From contig DHRG01000044.1 in NCBI GenBank assembly GCA_002408285.1, positions 73,101 to 137,100 on the forward strand: a stretch of 64,000 nucleotides of DNA, given 5' to 3'. Positions 56,874 to 64,000 of this stretch are shown piece by piece. The stretch's first letter is position 1. Every line of letters starts with the position of its first letter. The position numbers were made by a program, and so were the translations under genes. Below the pieces are notes generated by a model that had not been told where the DNA came from, did no database searches, and saw nothing but the letters and a program-made list of their open reading frames with translations. Source of the DNA: Peptococcaceae bacterium UBA5318 (lineage in GTDB: Bacteria; Bacillota; Peptococcia; DRI-13; UBA5318).

Positions 56874-57125
56874 AGGATCTCGTTCTCCTCACGGAGATCC
56901 TTGTTCTCACGCCGCAGCCGTGCCATCTCCTCGTTCTCCGGGAGTACGCGGCCCCCCGCCGCTTCCCACGAACGGCTTCTCGGTGTTCTTCCGGTAGCGG
57001 GACGACCACCTGTACAGCGTGTTTTCGTGTATGCCCAGTTCTGTGCTTAATGCGGAGACCTTCTCGCCGTCATTAACGATCCGTTTGCATACTTCTTGCT
57101 TGAATGCCGTGTCGAATTGCTTCAT
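56834..57125 (-). pseudogene. IS3-family OrfA (HTH plus leucine zipper) interrupted by a 1-nt frameshift in a G6 homopolymer
   Basis: The N-terminal frame (MKQFDTAFKQ...FVGSGGG) stops at 56907. The expected continuation RVLPENEEMARLRRENKDLREENEILKKAAAYFAKHQK* is in the +1 frame. The switch point is the C6 run at 56952-56957 (plus strand). Confidence 0.7.
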
Positions 57126-57196
57126 TTTTTGAACACCCTTTCGTACTTATATTGTACCTGGATGTTCAATTTGTCTGCAAGTCGGGGTTTGGGTCA

Positions 57197-57339
57197 ATTT
57201 GTTGTCTCCTTACTCTCGCCGCCATTCTTTTCATAACCTAGGCTGTGGTCTAGTTCAGCTTCTAAGAGTTCTTGTCACGGGAAAAGAGTGGTTTCCTTTT
57301 TCCTTCCTTCTTTGCCATTTGTCCAACCTGCCTTTCCAT
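57197..57339 (-). pseudogene. Decayed N-terminal remnant of an IS256/Mutator-family transposase, cut by the IS3 element
   Basis: Hand translation gives MERQVGQMAKKEGKRKPLFSRDKNS*EAELDHSLGYEKNGGESKETTN. The AELDxxLGYEK segment matches my recollection of the IS256-family N-terminal motif (LEAELDEHLGYEK). There is an in-frame stop and abrupt truncation at the IS3 end. Confidence 0.4.
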
Positions 57340-57402
57340 TTCATTTTATTTCGGAAAGGACAGAAGCACAATTTATTTTACACACTCAATAAAAAATTAT
57401 TA

Positions 57403-57990
57403 TTATCGCTGATTTAAATACTTTCTTATTTTTGTTTCAAATATATATTCTAAATCACGAGTTGCTACTCTCCCATTTTCTTCAACACTAACATTTAGCA
57501 CAACCTTAATTTGACTCTTATCAGTTAACTCCATATCATAATCATTTATTTCATCTATTAATATAATCTCACTTGTTTGTACTTCGTTACTTTCATCTTT
57601 ATTAAATTCTAATTCTATACTCAAGTTTCCTTTAGTTATTTTATTAAACTTAACATTCTTAACCCCTTCAACTCTTACATGATTGATAGCAACCTTTTGA
57701 TTATCTGCTCGCTTATAAGCTGCCAACCTTAGAGAATAATTATAATATTTATCTTCATATGTTTTAAAAGGATTTTGTCTTGTATACGGTATCAGTAAAA
57801 CCCCATTAATTTGATACTGTTCTAATTTAGGGTCTGTAAAACTATACCCCTCTTCTACATGTACCTTTTCCGTATCTTTATGAATCAAGTCAGTAATCTC
57901 AGAAAAGCCTCGAGATGTCAAAATAGTTAGTGCAATTAAAATAAGTATCACCACTAATACAACAATAATAATGATTTTTATTAAACGCAT
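57403..57990 (-). CDS. N-terminally membrane-anchored protein, candidate immunity protein for the RHS C-terminal toxin
   Basis: ATG 57990 is preceded by GGAGG. One hydrophobic helix (LIKIIIIVVLVVILILIALTILT) is followed by a soluble domain of about 165 aa. It starts 22 nt after the RHS stop. It is as AT-rich as the toxin-domain DNA. I recognise no family. Confidence 0.6.
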   Translation of the reverse strand: MRLIKIIIIVVLVVILILIALTILTSRGFSEITDLIHKDTEKVHVEEGYSFTDPKLEQYQINGVLLIPYTRQNPFKTYEDKYYNYSLRLAAYKRADNQKVAINHVRVEGVKNVKFNKITKGNLSIELEFNKDESNEVQTSEIILIDEINDYDMELTDKSQIKVVLNVSVEENGRVATRDLEYIFETKIRKYLNQR

Positions 57991-58011
57991 AACTGTAACC
58001 TCCAACATTCT

Positions 58012-61000
58012 TTATTTATCTTGATTTCTTTCATTCTTTGAACCTGTAAGATAATACGGCAACATATCTGTAAAAAAGTGCCCTACACCTTTTCCTGCAA
58101 ATTCTCCCCAACCTATAACATTTAATTTATTCTCTGGCAGTTTTGCTGGAGTTACATAGTTATATGTTGCTTTATAACTAGGATCTGTAACAGGTTGTAA
58201 TGTATCTCCATCAAAAACAGCTTCTCTTCCATTAGGATTAACAAATTTTAACTCAGGTTCTCCCACCCCATTGTCATGATAAATAGACATACTTTTATCT
58301 AATAGAGTCCATCCTGAATCCCTTTTCATCACTTCTGAATAGCTTGGATGAGGTCCATTTAATGCGTCCCTCTTTTCAAACTGAAATTCAGTTACATTCT
58401 TATAAATATCATTTGCAATATTTATTACTGTATCTTTTGCTTTATCAAACCAATTTTTGTTTGTTTCTGTTGTTTGTGCTACCCCACTATTCCCCGTCCC
58501 CTGGTTATAGTTGTACTGGTATAGGCTGCCTGCCGTCAAGGTACTGCTCAGATCAGTTACTTTACGTGTATCTACTATCGGCTCAGCAGGTTTAGTCACT
58601 GTAGTGGTTTTAGTACTCGTATAACTGGGCTGGGTTGCATTCGTAATGGGGGGAACCGTGGGGCTGGCTGCGCTTGGCACATATGTTGTAGCGGTTGATT
58701 TGATATCGCTGGTACTCTTCGTGGTGGTGTCAACGGTCTGCAGAATCTGTGTCACCACATGCAGGTCTGTGATACCACCCATGTATTTCGTACCAATATC
58801 ATACAGCCTCTGGTCTACTACGTCCTTCCAGGCTCCTGTCTGGGAGATATTCATCCGGGCGGCTTCTAACGCATAGTCGATGTAGTGTCCCGTGGGATCA
58901 TAGTATTTGATCGGGTTATTGTGGCAGTATGTGTAGAGGTTGAGGCTTAGGGGGTCGTTGGGATCGCCCCGGTAGGTGTCTTCGCTGAGGAAGCGGGCGG
59001 TTACGGGGTCGTACCAGCGGCTTTGCAGAAAGTAGGTTTGGGTTTCTTGGTCGTGTTGGTAGCCTGCGTAGGTGAAGGGGTTGTTGGTGTTGCCGGTGGA
59101 TTCGAGGATGTTGCCGAATGGGTCGTAGTAGTAGGTGGCTTGGATGCCGCCTGCGGAGTCGATCAGGGCTGTGACGTCGCCGTGCCCGTTATACATGTAG
59201 TAGAGGGTTATGCCGTCCACTGTTCTTGAGATGAGGCTGGTGCCTTGGACGTTGCGGGCGGTCTGGTTGCCGGAGCCGTCCAGTTCCAGGACGATTTTGT
59301 TTCCGATGTAGGTGTATTGGGTGGTTTGGGTGTCGATTTGTTTAGCGACCCTGAGGCCGTCGCCGTTGTAGGTGTTGGTGACGGTGAGGCCCTCCGGGGT
59401 AACGGCGGTGATCATCCGGTTGAGTTCATCATAGGTGCATTCGGAAATACCCGGATATTTTAGGGTTCCGGTGCTTTCTGTTTCGCTTAGGCGGTTTCCT
59501 GCCGCGTCGAAGGTGTAGGCTGTGGTTTTGCCGCTGGGCTCGGTCACTGTTTCCAGACGGTTGAGGTCGTCGTAAGTGTAGGTTGTGATGCCTTTGGCGT
59601 CGGCTTTGGAGATCAGGTTATGGGCCGCGTCAAAGGTGTAGGTATAGGAGTCGATGACGGTCTGGTCGGCTTTTTTATTGACGAGGGTATGGAGCATACC
59701 GTCGTCGTAATAGGTGTATTCTTCGGTGAAGCCGAAGGGATAGAGCACTTGATGCTTGGCTCCATTGTCATAGTAGGTGTAGGTGGTTGTCTGCCCGTCG
59801 GCAATGACTTGCGCCATTCTTCCGGCCTGGTCGAAGACCTGGGTGGTGGTGTTGCCTTTGGGATCAGTAGCGGTTTCCGCCACTTGGCCCGCCGGTAAGT
59901 TTGCGGTGATGTCATAGAGGAAGGTGAGGGTTCCGGCTCCGGGTACGGTCTTGGTCTTGGTTCGGTTCAGTTGGTCGTAGGTTCGGGTGGTGGTGCCCGT
60001 GCCGTCGGTCATGGTGAGTTGATTGCCGTTGTTGTCGTAGGTATAGGTGATGGTGAGGGACCCGGCGGACTCTGAGAGCATCCGGCTGTGCGCATCATAG
60101 GCGTAGGCGGTGATTTGCCCCTTGCGGTCTGTTTTGGTCAGGAGGTTGCCCAGTCCGTCGTAAGTGTAGCTCTCGGTCTTGGCCGCTTCATAAGTATAGC
60201 TGCCCGGCGCTCCGGTCCTGCCGCCGTGGTCGATCTTCCTGCTGAGTTTATTGGCGGCATTGTACTCAAAGGTGGTGACATTATTCTTACCGTCGGTCTG
60301 GGTGAGCATGTTGCCGTTAAGGTCATAAGTATAAGCGGTGGTTTCGTTTAAGGCATTTACTACAGAGCTAAGGCGGTCAAACTCGTCATAGCTGAAGGTG
60401 GTGACCTTGCCCCGTCCGTCTGTGCTGGAGCTTATTTTGCCCGCGTTGTTATAGGTCTGACTTTTGGTATGATTCAGCGGGTCGGTGGTGGAAATGAGCC
60501 GGCTGTTCTTGTCATAAACGTACTGTGTCAGTTTGTTTAAAGCGTCATAGGATTTAATCTGAACGCTGTTATTGTTGTATTCCAGTTTTTCGATGCTTTT
60601 GTTTAGAGGGTCTTTCTTTTCGATCAGCCTGTTTAACGGGTCGTAAATACTGGTATATGTGTTGCCCCGCCAATCTGTGCAGGTGGTCTGGTTGCCGTTT
60701 TTGTCATAGCCAAAGGTTGTGGTCTGGTCATGGGGCACACCGTTAAGATCGGTAACTGTTATCTTGCTGCCGGTTATTTTGTTTACTTCATTGTAGGTAT
60801 TCTCCGTGGTGACATTGTTGCCGTCCGTCAGGAAGCGCTGATTCCCGGCTTTGTCATATCGGACGGAAGTAGTGATGCTCTGGGTTGCGTCGGACTTCTG
60901 CCGGGTATGGGACAGTTCCCGCCCCTGGTTGTCATAGGTATAAAGGTCCACCGGTCCGGCGGAGTTTACTTTTTTCAGCAGGTTGCCCAGCACATCGTAT

Positions 61001-64000
61001 TGATACGTGATATGGCTTGCCGGGATAGTGGCGTCACCCGGATAGATCGCCTTTCTTGTTTTTCCGAAGGCGTTGACTTCATAGACGGCGGTGTTCCCGT
61101 TCCCATCTGTCTGGGTCATAAGATGCCCGGCCAAGTCATAGGTATTTGCCTGGGTCGTCTGGCCATTGACCTGTATGGTGAGGATATTCCCGGCGTCGTC
61201 ATAGGTATAGGCTTTAACAATGCCGTTGGCGTCGGTTTCCGCGATTTTACGGCCTGCCCCGTCATAATCATATTTTACTGTAAAGGGGAGCGCACGGTCC
61301 CTGCTCACCGGATCAAGAATAGTGATGAGCCGGTTGGACAAATCATAGCCATATCCGGTGCTGTTGTTCAGGGCGTCCGCTTCACTGCTTTTGTTGCCGT
61401 TGGCGTCATAGTTGAAGGTTTTGGCAGCAAAGCCGACCCACTGGCCCGTGAGGGGATCAAGATAAGTATATCCTTTGGTTTTCACCCTGTCCATAAGGTC
61501 ATAGGTATATACCGTCCGGCTCATCTCGGTCAAATTCTTGGCCGGATCGTAGCTATTGGGCGCCACCTCTGCGATCAGGCGGCCGGCCCGGTCATAATAG
61601 TAGGCTGTGGTATACCCTTTGGCATCAATGGTTTTAATCAATTGTTCGCGTCCGTCATAGATATTGGTCGTGGTATGGTTATTGGCGTCCGTCCGGGTAA
61701 GGATTTTGCCCGCCCAGTCATAGGTAACGCCGGTGTCAATGGTAACCGGATTGTTGTTTTCGTCTGCTCCGGGCATACTGGTTCCCGTCTGCCGGTTCAG
61801 ATTATCATAAGTATAGGTTACGACTGTAGTATCGGGCCTCGTCATAGTTTGGATATTCCCGTTCTTATCATAGGTATAACTGGTAGTCAGAAGGGTATCC
61901 TGGTCACTGGCGAAGTCATATCCGGCCAGGTCCCCTTCTCTGATATGGAGCTTTTCTTCCACAGGCTTGCCGAAGTAATTGTTGACAAATTCTATAGTAT
62001 TTTTTTCGGCAGCGTCGGTATACACATCTTTTTTGCTTAAAAATCCGTCGTCGTCATAGTAATATTCTGTCCTCCCGCCCGCGCTGTCTGTCTGGATTCT
62101 TAGCCTGTTATCATTGGTGTACTGATTTGTAACCGTCAGGAGATTTTCCGAAGCGGGGACCGCATACAAGGCTGCCGCTGTCTTACCGGCCTTTTCCTCC
62201 AGTATATTGCCCGCTTTGTCATAAACCTTGGCTTTATAGCTGTATAGGGAGCCGTCGGCAGCGGTCGGGATCCACTGCCCGGTATTTCTGTTCAGCCCGT
62301 CGTAACGGAAATAAGTGGCGCTTCCCCGTCCATCGGTCGAAGAATTGATTGTCCCGTTGAGGTTATAATTTACAGTGCTGAATGTTCCGTCCGGATTGAT
62401 CTGTTTGATGAGCCGTCCTTTATAATCATAGGTATATTCTGTTACCGCCCTTTCCGTATCGTTCAGATAACGGGTCACGGTCTTGGTGGTCTTGCCGTCC
62501 GGCAGGATCAAATAGCTGTAACTCGTCAGCAGGACGGAAGCCGCCCCGGCGCTTTCTTTAAATTTAAGTGTAGCCAGCCGGTCCAGAGCGTCATAACTAT
62601 ACTCATAGACGGCCCCGTTGGGCTTGGTTTCGGTCTGCACATTGCCGTACAAATCATAGGTGTAGGTGATCGCCTTGTCTTCCGGGTCGGCGACCGTATG
62701 AACCTTCCCGCTGGGATAGTATGTGTAGCGGTAGCCGTGATTGCCGTTGTAAACATGGTTGACCAGGTTATCTTGTGCGGGATCATAAAGGTTGGCGGCT
62801 ACCACCTTGGATTTTCTTCCCATATTATCATAAGTGGTTCGCGTTACTTCCCCGCCCTGCAGGGTTACCTTCTCCACGTTACCGTTATTATCATAGACGG
62901 TGCTTGTGGTGTACTGCTTCGGTGAAACCGCGCCGGTCCGCCAGCCGATAGTGTTGTAGCTGTAACTAGTGGTCTTGTTTTCGGCGTTCAAAACAGTCTG
63001 GATATTCCCATAAGGATCATAGGTATAAGTGGCGATGTGCCCGTTGGGATCGGTTTCGGATTTCAGCAGTCCTTTAGCGCTGCAGCCCATCTGCTGCGCT
63101 TCCGCGTCTGTATAGTAAGTGTAGGCGGTAACGGTAAAGGGGGCTTCGTCACAGCCATCGGTGTATTGATCCGTGCCGTTTAAGGGCTGCGCCTTTTTCA
63201 GAAGCCTCAGTTTATTGCTGTCGTAAATATAAAAGATATATTTGCCGTCTTCGTCACGCCCACTGATTTTATTGTTCTTTTCATCGTAAGTAAACTCTTG
63301 ATAGCTGGAATCGGGATTATAGATCCTGGTGATATTACCCTGCCCATCCCGCTCATATTCTGTCCGGTTGCCATTCCGGTCGGTGACGGATTCCGCTTCC
63401 CCGTACTTATTGACTCCGTTTGTATCCAGCGTATAAATAGTTGCGCTTCTGCGGCCGTCGGGCTCCTGGACCTGGATCGGGTAAAGCATACTGTCATACC
63501 AGGTAGCCTTTTCCCGGCCGTTAAGATCGGTAATGGTCACCTTGCGGTACTCGTCATCATACATATAAGTCTGAGTATTGCCATAAGCGTCGGTAATCCT
63601 GGCAATTTTCGGCAACGTGCCCGATGTAAAATCATACACAACCGTTTCCAGCACATTATTATCATGATCCTTGATCGTGGTCAAATAGCCTTGAGTGTTA
63701 TAGCTGTAGCTCATTGATTTGCCCTGGGGATCAACGGCCCTGGTCAACTGGTTGTTTGTATACTCATAGCGGACAGTTCGGCCAATAGGATCGGTAATTG
63801 TATCAATCAAACCCTGAGCGTTGTAAATAATAGTGATCTGCCTTCCCACCTGGTCGGTGATAGACGTCACTTTCCCGGTGGCGGCCGCGACGGCCAGGGT
63901 AATGGCGTTGCCGTTGCGGTCCTTCATCCATGTCAGATAACCGTTGCTATCAAATCCATAAGTGTACTGGTCCTTGGTCGTCAGGACATGTGTGTTGTCG
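58012..64000 (-). CDS. RHS / YD-repeat polymorphic toxin (C-terminal 1990+ aa; N-terminus lies beyond the window end)
   Basis: Dozens of YD repeats (YxYDxxGNxxxxxD). The frame stays open from 63927 to 64000 (...YGFDSNGYLTWMKDRNGNA). The RHS core-end motif is NPIKYYDPTGH at 58885-58917, followed by a 290-aa variable C-terminal region. Confidence 0.9.
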   Translation of the reverse strand, partial: DNTHVLTTKDQYTYGFDSNGYLTWMKDRNGNAITLAVAAATGKVTSITDQVGRQITIIYNAQGLIDTITDPIGRTVRYEYTNNQLTRAVDPQGKSMSYSYNTQGYLTTIKDHDNNVLETVVYDFTSGTLPKIARITDAYGNTQTYMYDDEYRKVTITDLNGREKATWYDSMLYPIQVQEPDGRRSATIYTLDTNGVNKYGEAESVTDRNGNRTEYERDGQGNITRIYNPDSSYQEFTYDEKNNKISGRDEDGKYIFYIYDSNKLRLLKKAQPLNGTDQYTDGCDEAPFTVTAYTYYTDAEAQQMGCSAKGLLKSETDPNGHIATYTYDPYGNIQTVLNAENKTTSYSYNTIGWRTGAVSPKQYTTSTVYDNNGNVEKVTLQGGEVTRTTYDNMGRKSKVVAANLYDPAQDNLVNHVYNGNHGYRYTYYPSGKVHTVADPEDKAITYTYDLYGNVQTETKPNGAVYEYSYDALDRLATLKFKESAGAASVLLTSYSYLILPDGKTTKTVTRYLNDTERAVTEYTYDYKGRLIKQINPDGTFSTVNYNLNGTINSSTDGRGSATYFRYDGLNRNTGQWIPTAADGSLYSYKAKVYDKAGNILEEKAGKTAAALYAVPASENLLTVTNQYTNDNRLRIQTDSAGGRTEYYYDDDGFLSKKDVYTDAAEKNTIEFVNNYFGKPVEEKLHIREGDLAGYDFASDQDTLLTTSYTYDKNGNIQTMTRPDTTVVTYTYDNLNRQTGTSMPGADENNNPVTIDTGVTYDWAGKILTRTDANNHTTTNIYDGREQLIKTIDAKGYTTAYYYDRAGRLIAEVAPNSYDPAKNLTEMSRTVYTYDLMDRVKTKGYTYLDPLTGQWVGFAAKTFNYDANGNKSSEADALNNSTGYGYDLSNRLITILDPVSRDRALPFTVKYDYDGAGRKIAETDANGIVKAYTYDDAGNILTIQVNGQTTQANTYDLAGHLMTQTDGNGNTAVYEVNAFGKTRKAIYPGDATIPASHITYQYDVLGNLLKKVNSAGPVDLYTYDNQGRELSHTRQKSDATQSITTSVRYDKAGNQRFLTDGNNVTTENTYNEVNKITGSKITVTDLNGVPHDQTTTFGYDKNGNQTTCTDWRGNTYTSIYDPLNRLIEKKDPLNKSIEKLEYNNNSVQIKSYDALNKLTQYVYDKNSRLISTTDPLNHTKSQTYNNAGKISSSTDGRGKVTTFSYDEFDRLSSVVNALNETTAYTYDLNGNMLTQTDGKNNVTTFEYNAANKLSRKIDHGGRTGAPGSYTYEAAKTESYTYDGLGNLLTKTDRKGQITAYAYDAHSRMLSESAGSLTITYTYDNNGNQLTMTDGTGTTTRTYDQLNRTKTKTVPGAGTLTFLYDITANLPAGQVAETATDPKGNTTTQVFDQAGRMAQVIADGQTTTYTYYDNGAKHQVLYPFGFTEEYTYYDDGMLHTLVNKKADQTVIDSYTYTFDAAHNLISKADAKGITTYTYDDLNRLETVTEPSGKTTAYTFDAAGNRLSETESTGTLKYPGISECTYDELNRMITAVTPEGLTVTNTYNGDGLRVAKQIDTQTTQYTYIGNKIVLELDGSGNQTARNVQGTSLISRTVDGITLYYMYNGHGDVTALIDSAGGIQATYYYDPFGNILESTGNTNNPFTYAGYQHDQETQTYFLQSRWYDPVTARFLSEDTYRGDPNDPLSLNLYTYCHNNPIKYYDPTGHYIDYALEAARMNISQTGAWKDVVDQRLYDIGTKYMGGITDLHVVTQILQTVDTTTKSTSDIKSTATTYVPSAASPTVPPITNATQPSYTSTKTTTVTKPAEPIVDTRKVTDLSSTLTAGSLYQYNYNQGTGNSGVAQTTETNKNWFDKAKDTVINIANDIYKNVTEFQFEKRDALNGPHPSYSEVMKRDSGWTLLDKSMSIYHDNGVGEPELKFVNPNGREAVFDGDTLQPVTDPSYKATYNYVTPAKLPENKLNVIGWGEFAGKGVGHFFTDMLPYYLTGSKNERNQDK

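Larger units (their letters stand above)
55850..57196 (-). mobile_element. IS3-family insertion sequence (ends approximate)
   Basis: orfA/orfB organisation with an A7G slippery site. Imperfect terminal repeats: minus-strand TGACCCAAACCCCGACTTGCAGACAAATTG at the 57196 end versus plus-strand TGGGGTGGAACCCTCGCTTTCTTCAGTCGCAAATTT at the 55850 end. I found no clean target duplication. Confidence 0.65.

Noticed and set aside
60730-62040. 436-aa plus-strand ORF, plus several 60-140-aa ORFs on both strands, inside the RHS gene
   Set aside because: It is antisense to a 6-kb frame that carries unmistakable YD repeats. Its product is low-complexity (Gly/Val/Ile-rich) and has no RBS. It is a typical shadow ORF created by the repetitive codon pattern of the RHS gene.
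1-64000. Search for CRISPR arrays, tRNA, rRNA genes and riboswitches in intergenic regions
   Set aside because: The intergenic regions are short, the longest being about 270-300 nt at 26503-26772 and 43199-43500. By eye they show no regularly spaced repeats, no cloverleaf-like segments and no recognisable riboswitch cores.

Overview
Chromosomal segment from an endospore-forming Firmicute. It looks Clostridia or Peptococcaceae-like, judged from spoIVA, spoIIP, copper-amine-oxidase-N wall proteins and a V-type ATPase. Nearly all genes are on the minus strand.

Layout by coordinate:
- 1-2250: pstSCA phosphate transporter with a phased PhoP-box array.
- 2409-11101: nine-gene V-type ATPase operon with its promoter and terminator.
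- 11336-20036: conserved sporulation and housekeeping block (spoIVA, gpsA, plsY, der, DUF512, two DUF3189, spoIIP, DUF1614).
- 20150-26502: pepF, dut, an AT-rich orphan MASE3-PAS histidine kinase, and comM/yifB.
- 26503-47922: accessory stretch. It holds two wall-associated copper-amine-oxidase-N proteins. It also holds an 11-gene, roughly 13.4 kb operon (hydantoinase A/B, ornithine-cyclodeaminase-family enzyme, Opp-type ABC importer, divergent GcvPA/GcvPB-like pair). A near-consensus sigma-54 -24/-12 promoter sits upstream of that operon, with divergently encoded RpiR/SIS and sensor-domain-less sigma-54 activator genes. An intact IS66 element with a perfect 8-bp target duplication closes the stretch.
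- 47923-55525: conserved yraN-rnhB-rbgA-lepB-rplS-(SPOUT)-trmD-rimM-ylqD-KH-rpsP-ffh-ylxM block.
- 55561-64000: an IS3-family element with a homopolymer frameshift, apparently inserted into a decayed IS256-like transposase remnant. Next to it is a giant RHS/YD-repeat polymorphic toxin that runs off the window end.

The RHS C-terminal domain and the adjacent membrane-anchored candidate immunity gene form a sharply AT-rich cassette that I cannot assign to any known toxin family.

Best candidates for undescribed biology are this RHS toxin/immunity cassette and the sigma-54-controlled hydantoinase/OCD/GcvP-like operon. No rRNA, tRNA or CRISPR array was seen.
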